Of a stretch of 64,000 nucleotides of DNA, positions 36,001 to 46,000 are shown piece by piece. A model generated the notes under the pieces. That model searched no databases. It saw only the letters and a program-made list of their open reading frames with translations, and had not been told where the DNA came from. This stretch comes from Naegleria gruberi (Eukaryota): assembly GCA_000004985.1 (NCBI GenBank), contig GG738857.1. One strand, 5' to 3'. Each line of letters begins with the position of its first letter. Positions within the stretch are counted from its first letter, which is position 1. Both the position numbers and the translations under genes were made by a program.

Positions 36001-38144
36001 TTGGCCTTAATTGGTTCAGTAAATGTAATGGTATTCACAAGTGGACCAAGTTGAATAGAATCCTTCTCAATAGTACTAACCAAAGTCCATGGATCTGAAT
36101 CTTTTACCTTGGACTCAATCTTTGTACCTTTCAGATAAAAAACTGGATCATTCGAAAGTGACAAGGTCATGTATTCCACATGAGTAAGCAAGTAAACATG
36201 TTCAAATTCCAACTCAATTTCCTTTTGATGACTAGCAGTGGTGTAACCATAATCTCCAGAATCATCTAACAAACCTTCAACGGTATTTTCACGTCTTGAT
36301 TCTCCCTTAGAAATTAATTCCTTAATTGGAATGAGATTTACCTCTGGACCAGTGAATTTAGGTTCCCATTGGGCGAGTGCTTCTTTTACTGATAGGATAA
36401 CACCTCCTTTAGTTTGAATTGGAACATAGTCACAGTAGCCATATAGACGAATCATACCAAAAAAGAGATTTTCATTATCTTCCTTACAGAATCTCCAATA
36501 TCTTGCCTTAATTGGTGTTGTGAATTCAATAGTGTTGACTTGAGGACGTAATTTAATATCACTTCTCTTGATATGTCCATAAATTGTCCATGAATCACTT
36601 TCTTTCACTCTGTATTCGATTCTGACATTTTGTAAACAATCCAATTGCATGTTGTCTCCCAATTTACTGGACTTGTATTCCAAATAAGTGAACAAATACA
36701 CTGCGCCATATTTGATTTCAATGTAATTATTCGAACCTCTTGCTGTGCATGCTCCCAATTTACCAGAATCGTCGAATAATCCCTGGAGTGAGTTATCACC
36801 CCAAGTGTCCTTTGAGGATTGTTTTAATTCGAGAGGTGGAACACAGTTGATTTCACCTGAAGTGAATTTTGGTTCATCAGAAGATACAACAATTGGTTGA
36901 GAAGTTTGTGGTTGTTGAGCTATTACTGGTTGAGTAGTTTGTGGTTTAGGTTGAGTAGTGGTAACTGGAGTTTGTTGAACTACTGGTTGAGCAACTTGAG
37001 GTTTTGGAGTTGCAACCACTGGTTGTGAAACTACTGGTTGAACAACTGGTTGACTTGTTGTTGGTTGACTAGTTACTATTGGAGTTGCTTGAACAACAAC
37101 TGGAACTGAAGTTGTGCCAGATTGAGCATTATATCTAGAAACAACACCAGAAACAGTCTTGATATCAGTATATGGATGATAACCAAATAATTTCAACATT
37201 CCAATAAATAATTGGACGAATCCATTTCCTAATTTGGAGAATTTGAAAGCTCTTGCTTTAACTGGAGTATCAAAGTGAATATAGTTACTTTCTGGATGTT
37301 TCTTAATATCAGATTTCTTGATTTCTCTCAATGGAATCCATTCTTGACTTTCCAATTGTTTATATTCGATTTGGGTATTTTCCAATAACCCAAACTGATT
37401 ATTTTCTCCCAATCTACAAGCCTTAAATTCTAGTAAAGTAAACAAATAAACTCTATTGAACGTGAGAACAACATTCTGCTTCGATCCATTTTGAGTACAA
37501 ACACCATACTTTCCAGTTTCGTCTAACAATCCTTCAATGGTATTGTTTCCCCAAGTATCCTTGGATGATAATACCAATTTAGTAGGAGCTATAACACTAA
37601 TTTCACCTTCTGTGTATTGAGGTTCATCAAGATTATCAACAACTGCTGACTCTTGCACATTCGAAACTTGAATAATCTCACCAGCTTTAGTCTTGATATT
37701 CACAGGAAGAGCATCACTAGCTCTGACCCACAATCTACCAAACGCAACCTCACCCTTTCCAAATCTATCAAACTTAATAAAACGAGCAGCAACATTAAGA
37801 TTAATCAATTGAATACCATTTCCTTCTTTGAAAGAACAAACTGCCTTCCAAGGATCTGTTTCATTCGAACGAACACTAACATCGACACCTCTCAATCTCT
37901 GCTGATCATCAGGATACTTTTTGTTTGAAACACATTCCAATGTTGTGAATTGATAAATTCTATCAAATTTCAACTCGACATTAGGTTTCATAACATATTG
38001 AGTGGAACAACCATGTTGACCACTCTGATCTAATAATCCTTCGAGAGAGTTATCAGATTTCTTGCATGGATCTTTAACAATCAATGCAGTTGGCAAAACA
38101 ATAAAACCATCACTCATTTTTTTTATGTTGTGGTTGACTAACAA
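33081..38144 (-). CDS. 1687-aa protein built from about 8 tandem galactose-binding-like / discoidin (F5/8 type C)-like domains of roughly 180 aa, plus a Q/P/T/V-rich linker
   Basis: A motif recurs once per domain: N(S/T)IEGLLD(D/E)(S/T)GKYG...(F/Y)L(L/F)T..E(Y/F). The linker at about 36850-37130 (TPIVTSQPTTSQPVVQPVVSQPVVATPKPQ...) is also repetitive at nucleotide level (ggttgagtagt / actggttga). Confidence 0.7.
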   Translation of the reverse strand: MLVNHNIKKMSDGFIVLPTALIVKDPCKKSDNSLEGLLDQSGQHGCSTQYVMKPNVELKFDRIYQFTTLECVSNKKYPDDQQRLRGVDVSVRSNETDPWKAVCSFKEGNGIQLINLNVAARFIKFDRFGKGEVAFGRLWVRASDALPVNIKTKAGEIIQVSNVQESAVVDNLDEPQYTEGEISVIAPTKLVLSSKDTWGNNTIEGLLDETGKYGVCTQNGSKQNVVLTFNRVYLFTLLEFKACRLGENNQFGLLENTQIEYKQLESQEWIPLREIKKSDIKKHPESNYIHFDTPVKARAFKFSKLGNGFVQLFIGMLKLFGYHPYTDIKTVSGVVSRYNAQSGTTSVPVVVQATPIVTSQPTTSQPVVQPVVSQPVVATPKPQVAQPVVQQTPVTTTQPKPQTTQPVIAQQPQTSQPIVVSSDEPKFTSGEINCVPPLELKQSSKDTWGDNSLQGLFDDSGKLGACTARGSNNYIEIKYGAVYLFTYLEYKSSKLGDNMQLDCLQNVRIEYRVKESDSWTIYGHIKRSDIKLRPQVNTIEFTTPIKARYWRFCKEDNENLFFGMIRLYGYCDYVPIQTKGGVILSVKEALAQWEPKFTGPEVNLIPIKELISKGESRRENTVEGLLDDSGDYGYTTASHQKEIELEFEHVYLLTHVEYMTLSLSNDPVFYLKGTKIESKVKDSDPWTLVSTIEKDSIQLGPLVNTITFTEPIKAKRLRLVAADSCLEIGMFRPFGYAPFVAVKTKSGPLLSKEEYAKFLEDPYPGCQEINLIKPVSLYRNTSNARQKADPKAIEDLSKPDGKEGFSTSSGTSSFIEMAFDRVYNFRVMTFRNHEKSDQYEKKDGTGRYQTCSLIDTLVEYKLTNRDNWLTYRKVYSLTTSVKGVFMLDFGEVGLKAKHIRFVQKPHQGMTGTLAAGMMRFYAFAPAQQVKIGSELHKEIKVELSRKENPQVTKLSPSNLVDPIYTESTCPDVNVVAPIKILTSQNSNKANNSIEGILDDNGKYGTSIAQSVHNYLILEFEAVFQFKYFEFMKHEKIQFSDELKTSLVLYSKVNENDLWTRVRPLSGNFYHWPKLNIIKFDGEGINARFFKFERVCGDFSFGMIQFFAVAPFVPYNSLNGVILSREQQEAPHLTPYKGNQVNCLVPDEIYVGLDEDEVLGNKQPSSLETEQRAENTIAGLLDDSAEYGICSEYGTLIIGYNKIQFFKYIEYYTHALYDEKNQKKFASDIQVYYKIRLNEPWIPFGKNMEQSKVYPNLNRFELSDSSTGFKAKYWKFETRDVLLLGTFKLFGFGEFIAAPTVTGTLRPVNHDFATDKLNIKDLVALEKYYSKYVSEKFKPISEGMGPVKQLDNDLSKLVNPILAGTSQINIILPDSSTSTNIQTRSSFTPIYINIGKVEFELLNLRFVNPTNTTISVVSMKIEYLDHDKKWIPFTYAADVTYWQPALIKTFVKNKFTEEVEVVYKESTDQGEYVHLSNFNINPGETVNYNVNGKTICEGENPEYNNHATSLVPHYFPYPSTFKFSLVDSLGETKTVEVVYMHPELKEIQDPQKFKETAKLRDQDFFAEVSDNVNRINSFVGVRADPSGEGIILFNSAITKENESTKKFDLGQLRFGYENKKQEEQLLWDAKGKYCSAKFYLLSDPELHYRAFAIKVVANSLSKANHIERVYSIYEILQHLKPLAISNKE

Positions 38145-38482
38145 TGAATGTGAACAAAGTGTTTTATAGGTTTACTAATATGGAAGGTGGACTGGTTAGT
38201 GGAAAGAACAAGTTGCGAACTGGACAATGTTTGTGAAACATTTTGATGAATCAAGTTGGATGTGATCTATTCGCAATGGGCATGATCGTATATTAGAAAG
38301 TTGTAAAGTTGTGATTTACAGTTCTATCTACAGTTCCTAACAGATCCAAAAGACAACAACATTAGGAACATTTCGGAACCCTGCATTGTTACTGTAAATT
38401 GCATTGTATTCGATAACCATGTGTCATTACTGTAAATTTCGAATAGATTTTAAATTTTTAATTAAAATAAAATTAAAAAAAA

Positions 38483-40006
38483 ATGTGTGAACTTGCATTA
38501 CCAGAAGAGATTTTTCATCATCACATATTTCCATTCATCAATGGTGTTGATCTTCTCGCATCGTGTCGGTTAGTGTGCAGAGAGTGGAATTCAATTATTG
38601 GAGAAATTCCGCTCCGACTGATAACTGTCAATGAAACTTTGAAGGAAAAGCAGAAACAATTCTTTATTAATAATTGTGCAAAGGGAAAATTTAATCAAGT
38701 GGTGCAATTGAAAGGAAATTTTGGAAATATTTATAAAGTTTTGAATAGTTTGAAATCCTTGACATGTTTGGATTTAATTTTTGAAGGAGAGAAGGAGGAT
38801 GATTTCAAGTATTTGGCAAAATTAACCAAGTTGAAGGAATTTTCAATTAATTATTGTGATAGTGGCGATGTAATTTTGAAATATATTCATAATTTGAGTT
38901 TAACTCGGCTAGAATTGAAATCTACCAAATTGCGTCCACAAGAAGTTAAGATTATTGGAAAAATCACAACTTTAAAGAGTTTGAACCTCCACCACAACAA
39001 TATTGAAGATGAAGGTGTTGAATTTATATCCGATTTGAAATTAGAGAGCTTGGGATTGTGTAGATGTGCACTGACAAGCAAGTCAACATCTTTTCTGTGT
39101 AAAATTACTAGTTTGAAAAAACTTGATTTATCAGAAAATATTATTAACGATGAATGTGGCTTTTATTTGTCCATGTTGACAGATTTGGAAGAGTTGGATT
39201 TGCACGATAATTCCATAGAAGGGAAATGCTTTAAAGAATTCTCAAGTTTGAAAAAGTTGAAAACTTTAAAATTATGTCAGAACAGAATTTCACAAGAAGA
39301 GGCCATGATATATTTATCTCAAACAGTATCACTCAAAAGCTTAAATCTTTCCCAAAATAATATTGGCCAATCAAGTATTCATCTTTCCAATCTAACTAAT
39401 CTCAAAGAACTTGAATTGAATTTGTGTAAAATTACAAAAGGAGGTCTTTCCTTTTTTTCCAATTTAAAAAAGTTGGAGATTTTGAAAATAAGTCAAAATA
39501 GTCTTGGATATGACGATTTTGAAGAACTTTCTCATTTGGTTAGATTGAGAATTCTTTCAATCTTTGGATGTGGATTAGAAAAAAATTCCACCAATTTTAT
39601 TGGAAACATCAAAACACTTAGAAACTTGGAAATGTTTAGTAATAACATATACGATGCTGGCCTTGCTTCCCTTTCGGGTTTAGTAAATCTACAAATACTA
39701 AAATTAGATTCCACTAGAATTACCGATACTGGAATACAACATTTATCACAAATGAAAGAATTAGAAATTCTCAGGTTGAATTCAAATTCACTCGGAAATG
39801 AAACTTTAATCAAGCTGGCTCAATTTGAATTTAAAAAACTTACTGAATTGGAGATTTCCCATGCAAATATTGACAAGGACAGTATTTCAGTAATTTCTCA
39901 AATGAAATCATTGAAAATCATAAGAATGTTTGGAACAGGATATTCAAGAAATGATCTCATAGATTTGAAGAAGGCATGTCCACATCTAATAGTTTCAGTT
40001 CGATAA
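38483..40006 (+). CDS. F-box / leucine-rich-repeat protein (FBXL-like)
   Basis: N-terminal F-box-like motif LPEEIFHHHIFPFINGVDLLASCRLVCREWNSII, followed by at least 14 LRRs (LxxLxLxxNxI...). Clean ATG and stop. Confidence 0.75.
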   Translation: MCELALPEEIFHHHIFPFINGVDLLASCRLVCREWNSIIGEIPLRLITVNETLKEKQKQFFINNCAKGKFNQVVQLKGNFGNIYKVLNSLKSLTCLDLIFEGEKEDDFKYLAKLTKLKEFSINYCDSGDVILKYIHNLSLTRLELKSTKLRPQEVKIIGKITTLKSLNLHHNNIEDEGVEFISDLKLESLGLCRCALTSKSTSFLCKITSLKKLDLSENIINDECGFYLSMLTDLEELDLHDNSIEGKCFKEFSSLKKLKTLKLCQNRISQEEAMIYLSQTVSLKSLNLSQNNIGQSSIHLSNLTNLKELELNLCKITKGGLSFFSNLKKLEILKISQNSLGYDDFEELSHLVRLRILSIFGCGLEKNSTNFIGNIKTLRNLEMFSNNIYDAGLASLSGLVNLQILKLDSTRITDTGIQHLSQMKELEILRLNSNSLGNETLIKLAQFEFKKLTELEISHANIDKDSISVISQMKSLKIIRMFGTGYSRNDLIDLKKACPHLIVSVR

Positions 40007-40128
40007 ATTTTATCAAAAGATAAATTGGATTTGACTTCCAGGAATATTAATTGTAAAGAGTCATTACAATTTTAAATACTATTTAAAAATCAAATTACAA
40101 AAATATTTAAATTTTAATTGAAAAAAAA

Positions 40129-41330
40129 ATGTCCACAAGTGATATTCAACCTCTCCGTTTTGGCTTCTTCTCCACCTCAAGAATTGGCATCAAAGTCGCC
40201 AAAGCAATTGCTCAATCTCCTTTTGCTTCGTTGTACGCTGTTGCCTCTCGGGATTTGTCCAAAGCTGAAAAATACGCTCAAGAACAAGGCTTTGAGAAGA
40301 GTTTCGGATCCTATGATGAATTGTTGCAATGTGCTGAAGTGCAAGCTGTCTATGTGCCTGTGCCTACAGCAATGAAGGAAGAATTGGTGATCAAGGCAGC
40401 AAAGGCAGGAAAACACGTCTTGTAAGTATTATACTTTAGATGATCAATTTTAATATTTTAATTATTTTAATTATTTTAATTATATTAATTATATTAATTA
40501 TAATCAAATAATGCAATTATTATAATGATGATGAACGATTGGAATATCGGAATAGATGTGATAAGCCATTTCAATCTGCTGAATCTGTTAAAAAGATGAA
40601 GCAAGCTTGTGAGGAAAATGGAGTCTTCTTCATGGACAATACAATGTGGGTTCACAATAAGAGAACTCATCATTTGAAGAATTTATTTAACACTGATGAT
40701 AGATTTAAAAAGCTCGTCAGAGTTAATTCTTCATTTGCTAATTATTTCATGGATGATTTGCATGACATTAGAATGAATACTGATTTGGAAAAGACTGGGT
40801 GTCTTGGGGACTTGGGTTGGTACTCTATTAGAAATATTTTGTGGGCTTTTAATTATGAATTACCACAAAAAGTTGTTGGATATTCAAAGAAATTCGAATC
40901 TGATCAAGAAAATTTGAGAGCAATTATTAACTTTGATGGTCTTTTATTCTTCAGTGGTGGCAGAGTTGCTACATTGAATTGTAGTTTTGAGGAAGCACAA
41001 AGACAAACCTCTGAAATTGTCTTTCCACGTCACAGAATTATGATTGATGATTTTGTTTTAACTTGGGACAATGAAGATATTTACTTCCCAAGAGAAACTT
41101 ACGATAAGAAAGGTAAATTCAGAATTCATGCTGAACATGGCAGATTTGAAACTATTACTTGTGAAGAATCAACTCAACATGTGGAATTATTTGAAAGTTT
41201 CTATAAGGGAGCTAAGAATCCAACAGAAAACAAACATTGGGGAGACGAATCTGAAAAGACAATGATTGTATTGGATGCATTATTAGAATCCTCTGAGAAG
41301 GATGGTACTCCTATCGTCATCCAACAATAA
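40129..41330 (+). CDS. Gfo/Idh/MocA-family NAD(P)-dependent oxidoreductase, 2 exons join(40129..40421,40556..41330)
   Basis: Exon 1 has the Rossmann N-terminus (RFGFFSTSRIGIKVAKAI...VYVPVPTAMKEELVIKAAKAGKHVL). A 134-nt AT-rich intron (40422..40555, GTAAGT...AATAG, phase 2) restores the conserved KAGKHVL|CDKP (EKP-type) motif with ORF 40539..41330. Confidence 0.75.
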
Positions 41331-41683
41331 AATGGATACAACAGTGAAAGTTGTATAGCATTTGATACAATCAATCTCCTCTTTATGCGGCAGATTTCCT
41401 CATTCCCTTAGAGATAGTACCGATGCAAGAGATTCGAATAGAAAACAGTAAGTCAAACATCCAAAATATCAATTTTAGAAACGTAAAATTTATTTGATGT
41501 CAATTGAAATCATTTGGAATATTGGAAAATTCGAGAAGAATATCATCCTACTTGGTTTGTTCTCAAAATAGATTAAATCCAAACTTTCATTTTTTCCAAA
41601 TTTGTAATTTGCTTATCACGCTTTAATATTCACTTTAAAAGTACTTTGGCAGTACTCCAAATCATTGAAAAAAACGACACAAA

Positions 41684-43981
41684 ATGATAGTTTCCAAGCA
41701 ACAACAGCACTCTCAAACCTTTTCATTCAAGACGAAAGATCATAATCAAACGGATAATGCTTCCTCCATGCAATTCCTTCCAATGATCCGATCATTCTTC
41801 TATGGAGTTATTACATTATCCTATTCTGTTACCTTGTATCCTTTCGTACGTCTGTTCCAATGGTGGTTCTCAATTGTAAAGTACTTGTTATTCGAAATTC
41901 CGAAAATGATTACCAAGAAGGCAAGTCAATTCATGATGAGATATCAATGGTTTGGAAATATTACATTACCAATTATCAAATTAATATTTGTTGACTTGTT
42001 GAGAATTCCAGACAAGGATGTTTCCAATTATTTGAGAATTGATGTTTCAAGGTTGAGAGCACAAGATACTCACAAAGCAAAGAATGTCATTGATAATATC
42101 ACTAATAAGGTAACTCCTGTGGTTAATAAGGTTTCAGATAAGGTTTCTTCCAGTGTTGAAAAGATTATTCCTAAACAATTGATTCCTCCAACTTTACAAA
42201 AGATTATCGTCCCAGAACAAGAGCAATCCATTTCTAAGGATCAAGAAAAGTTACAAAAGCAAATTGATACTTTGAATTTGGTCATTTCCAAGCAAAAATC
42301 CAAAATTGAGAAACTCCAAAAAAGTCAAGATAACAAAACCAAAGTTGATTTGGAAAAGCTTGAATCCATGAGAAAGGAAAGAGATGCTCTCGTTCATGAA
42401 AAGAATCGCCTCGAACATACCACTTTGACTCAACTCCAAATGATGCAAGAAGTTCAAGTCATGTTAAATAATCAAGCAAAGAAAATCCATGAATTTGAGG
42501 CATTGAAGGAGAATCTCAATGGTCAAGTTCACACTTTACAAAGTGAGAATCAAGTATTGAAGACTGAAATATTGAAAGAAAAGGAAAGGATTAGAAAGTT
42601 CAACTCTGAATTCGATCGTTGGAATAATTTAAAGCAGAATCTCGAAGATCAAATCATCTTGCTCAACAGAGATTTGCAATCTGTAAATGAAGATAATCTC
42701 AAGCTGAAGGAGAAAAACTATTCTCTCGAAAAGGGACAGAAGGAACACACTCAAAGGTTGGATGCATTTGAGAAGATTAAGCATGATTTCCATGATATTT
42801 CCATCAAGTTATCTCAAAAGGAAGATGAAATTGATCGCTTGAATGATTCAGTTAAGGATAAGACTAGAGAGAATGAATTGTTAAAGAATCAGGTTGGCGA
42901 TTTGGACTCTGAATTGAGAAAGATTTCACTTGATTATTCCAAATTGAAGAAGCAACAATCTCAAGTTCCACAAAAGTCAGTTCAAAAGCAAGAACAGGTG
43001 ATTGAGAAGCAACAACCAGTTCAAAGCGTCACTCCAAAGAAGGATGAAATCAAGGAACAACGAGACAAACTAGGTAGTGTCGATAAGAAGGATTTACCAG
43101 CAGATGCTGGCTCTCAAGAAGCTGCAGTGATGGAAATGGACAGTGACAGAGTAAGCAAATCGAAAATTCCTGAGAAATCAGATAAATCCAAAGGTGTTTC
43201 CAAGCAAGCCATTCCATCAGAAAAGCAAGTTGAGAAGAAGGAACCATTCTATGATAAAAATCTAGAAAAGAAAAAGAAAACCAAGGTTGTCGAACAAGTC
43301 AAACCAAAGGTCCAAGCTCAGCAACACCACGAAAAGGAAACCTACATGACTCCTTCATGGGAAGAAGAAACCATCATTGAAGCTAACAAGCCACTCACAA
43401 GGAGAAAATCCCAGCAACAACTCAAGGAAGGTGAAGAATCTCAAGTCTACCAAGTTAGTGATAGTTACGTTGAAGAGTTGAATTACATGCTCGATGATAT
43501 TGAAAAGGGAGAAATTGAGAATGTCCAATTCCAATCCATCATTTCCAATCCAAAGATTAATGGAAGTTTATCCAAGTTGGATCCTGAACAAGTGGATGAT
43601 TTACTCGATGTTCTGGAAAAGAGTGATAATGTATCCTTTGTAGACTTTTCTAATTGTGGTATGGACAATTCACTCACTCAAAAGATTCTTCACTCCTTGT
43701 CCAAGAATAATTCGATTGAGGTTGTGGATTTGGCAACCAATTGTGTCGAACCTAATCAACTTGTGGATAACGTTGTTGAATTTATTGAGAGTAATCACGC
43801 TTGTAACAAGTTACTGATGAAGGATTGGAAATTCTCAGATGAAAATTTGTCCAAGATTCTCCATTCAATCGAATTGAAGAACAAGTCAATTGTAGATTTG
43901 AAACTGGACGATTCTGAAAATAGTGAGGAAAATCACAAATTGTTGCATCAAGTGATCCATAACAACATTCTTGCCAAGTAA
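41684..43981 (+). CDS. Coiled-coil protein with an N-terminal hydrophobic segment and a C-terminal tropomodulin/RNI-like LRR cap
   Basis: 765-aa ORF. Residues about 200-450 are heptad-rich (LQKQIDTLNLVISKQKSKIEKLQK...). The C-terminus reads FSNCGMDNSLTQKILHSLSKNNSIEVVDLATNCVEPNQL... Confidence 0.65.
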   Translation: MIVSKQQQHSQTFSFKTKDHNQTDNASSMQFLPMIRSFFYGVITLSYSVTLYPFVRLFQWWFSIVKYLLFEIPKMITKKASQFMMRYQWFGNITLPIIKLIFVDLLRIPDKDVSNYLRIDVSRLRAQDTHKAKNVIDNITNKVTPVVNKVSDKVSSSVEKIIPKQLIPPTLQKIIVPEQEQSISKDQEKLQKQIDTLNLVISKQKSKIEKLQKSQDNKTKVDLEKLESMRKERDALVHEKNRLEHTTLTQLQMMQEVQVMLNNQAKKIHEFEALKENLNGQVHTLQSENQVLKTEILKEKERIRKFNSEFDRWNNLKQNLEDQIILLNRDLQSVNEDNLKLKEKNYSLEKGQKEHTQRLDAFEKIKHDFHDISIKLSQKEDEIDRLNDSVKDKTRENELLKNQVGDLDSELRKISLDYSKLKKQQSQVPQKSVQKQEQVIEKQQPVQSVTPKKDEIKEQRDKLGSVDKKDLPADAGSQEAAVMEMDSDRVSKSKIPEKSDKSKGVSKQAIPSEKQVEKKEPFYDKNLEKKKKTKVVEQVKPKVQAQQHHEKETYMTPSWEEETIIEANKPLTRRKSQQQLKEGEESQVYQVSDSYVEELNYMLDDIEKGEIENVQFQSIISNPKINGSLSKLDPEQVDDLLDVLEKSDNVSFVDFSNCGMDNSLTQKILHSLSKNNSIEVVDLATNCVEPNQLVDNVVEFIESNHACNKLLMKDWKFSDENLSKILHSIELKNKSIVDLKLDDSENSEENHKLLHQVIHNNILAK

Positions 43982-44235
43982 ATATATTGTAATAAATACA
44001 AACATGCATTATTGATATTTAAAATCGATATTGAGATGACATTTAAAGTAAACTAATTTGGTCAATATTAATCAAAATTATGTCATAATTGTAAAAATAG
44101 AATTTTCTTCGAAACGTTCCTTTCAACAAAAAACAAAAGCCTGCAAACAACCACTGTCATTATTTCTTGTGAATACCATTGATGCTAGCTTTCGTACACA
44201 TTCCTTTTCGGTGAATTAGAAACTATCTTTAAAAA

Positions 44236-45747
44236 ATGTATAAACTAACTCATCTTCCTCCTGAAATTATCATTAAAATCATCGAGTATCATGTAGAAGG
44301 CTTGGGTATTTCCCTCCTCGGAAACAAACTTGTTATTCTCGAATCAATTCAATCAGCCTTGTTGTGGGAAAGAATTTGCAAAGCCTTTTCGAATGAGTCA
44401 CTTATACGAAACTATTTGACTGACAACTTTTGGAAAAAGATTATTCTTGAAAACTTTGTGAGGGAAACTATCGGATTGGACAGCCAAACTCTGAAATCAA
44501 CACCTAGGAGGAAAATTATTGAACATATCAAATCAAAACAAGATGTAAAAACACTCTTGGTCAATTATCGAGAATTCTTAAAATTAATTACTGACTTTCC
44601 ACACTCAATTTCAATCTATCAACGATACTTCACTAGAAAGGATGTATTGGAAACATTTCAAATTGTAGTATTGGGACATCATCAAGCAGGAAAATCACAA
44701 CTCGTCAATTCATTTCTTCAAATTGAAACAAATCAATTGACCTCTCACAATAATGAAGTTTACACTCGTGTTGAGAAACATCCAATGACTCCTAATCAAA
44801 TGTTTCGAATGCAAGTAATGGACACTCACTTTCTTCATACCTGTTCTCAGCATATTTCACAAGCTCATGCCATTCTACTGGTTTGTTCACATTGTCAATT
44901 GGAGGAAACCTTGTTCGAAACTGAGCAAATTCTCAAACGATGCATTGAAATTAAACAATCATCTTCCTTTCCACTCATTGTAGCCTTGAACAAATCCGAC
45001 GAATCCAGAAAGAGTCTCAAGAAGAGACGTTCCAACAATGATTACAACAATAACTCGAGTCCTTCAACACCTAAATCACCAACCTCTAATAACTGCTGTC
45101 ATGGCTCATACCTACTTGCAGATCCATTCCTATCTTCACCCCCACCAATGTCCTCTTCATCCTCTCCATCATCGACGATATTCAGCAGTCCTCCTCCAAT
45201 ATGTTGTTTCTCTGCTCCAATCATTACAGGAAACAGCCTTCTACTGAGCAATAGTTATAATAACAATAGCAACTGTACTCATCACTTGATGAATACGAGT
45301 TCTGCGACCTTATCTACCATAGCCACAACAATAACAACAACTACAGCCATGAGTACTTCCAATATTTCTTCATCATACAATGGAACACCAACAAGCCTTC
45401 TATTGGGTTCTTCTTCTTCCTTCATTCAAAACAACGTTGGAGGAGGTAATTCTTCAACATGTTGTTCTCATCATCAGCATCATGTAAGAACAGAGGAGGA
45501 TGAATACAAAATGATGGAAAATCTATTAATTCGCTACGGAATGATCAATTATCGAATCATTAGAACGAGTGGTAAGGAGAGGTCGAATGTTGTGGAGGCT
45601 TTTGATGAGTGTGTGTTGCGAGCTAGCTTGAATCATGCCAAGTTGATGGTCGATGTGATTGATGCGGCTGTTGTTCATCACGTTGAAGCAACAGAAAAAT
45701 TCTTTAAAGCAGGCATGCTACAGAGAAAACGATGTGATTTATTGTGA
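44236..45747 (+). CDS. F-box-like N-terminus fused to a Ras-superfamily GTPase-like domain, with an S/T/N-rich low-complexity region
   Basis: LPPEIIIKIIEY is F-box-like. G1 is GHHQAGKS and G4 is LNKSDE. The G3 region is MDTHF. Followed by poly-S/T/N tracts. Confidence 0.6.
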   Translation: MYKLTHLPPEIIIKIIEYHVEGLGISLLGNKLVILESIQSALLWERICKAFSNESLIRNYLTDNFWKKIILENFVRETIGLDSQTLKSTPRRKIIEHIKSKQDVKTLLVNYREFLKLITDFPHSISIYQRYFTRKDVLETFQIVVLGHHQAGKSQLVNSFLQIETNQLTSHNNEVYTRVEKHPMTPNQMFRMQVMDTHFLHTCSQHISQAHAILLVCSHCQLEETLFETEQILKRCIEIKQSSSFPLIVALNKSDESRKSLKKRRSNNDYNNNSSPSTPKSPTSNNCCHGSYLLADPFLSSPPPMSSSSSPSSTIFSSPPPICCFSAPIITGNSLLLSNSYNNNSNCTHHLMNTSSATLSTIATTITTTTAMSTSNISSSYNGTPTSLLLGSSSSFIQNNVGGGNSSTCCSHHQHHVRTEEDEYKMMENLLIRYGMINYRIIRTSGKERSNVVEAFDECVLRASLNHAKLMVDVIDAAVVHHVEATEKFFKAGMLQRKRCDLL

Positions 45748-45789
45748 TTTTTTTTAATTTGGATTTTTCAAATATTTTTTAAAACGTAA

Positions 45790-45836
45790 CGGTTATGAGC
45801 GGGAATAAAATTGTAAATGAAGATTAACACATTGAG
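45790..45836. repeat. 47-bp conserved non-coding motif, copy 1 of 2. The second copy is at 49340..49386
   Basis: aacggttatgagcgggaataaaattgtaaatgaagattaacacattg here, against aacggagcgcgggaataaaattgtagatgaagcttaacatattg at 49340. Both are in the same orientation. They flank family copy C, one beyond each end of the gene, about 3.5 kb apart. Confidence 0.4.
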
Positions 45837-46000
45837 TTTGACTTAATGAATCAATATCACCTGCTTACTCAACTGCCACTCAACTCAATTGCTACAAAAC
45901 AGGTTCAAAGAAAAAAAGTTGAGCGGGATAAGAAGGGAAATCAAGTTGGGCTAAATTTCGAATAGTTGTTTGTAGAACTTACATTTTGTGTGTTGGGAGT

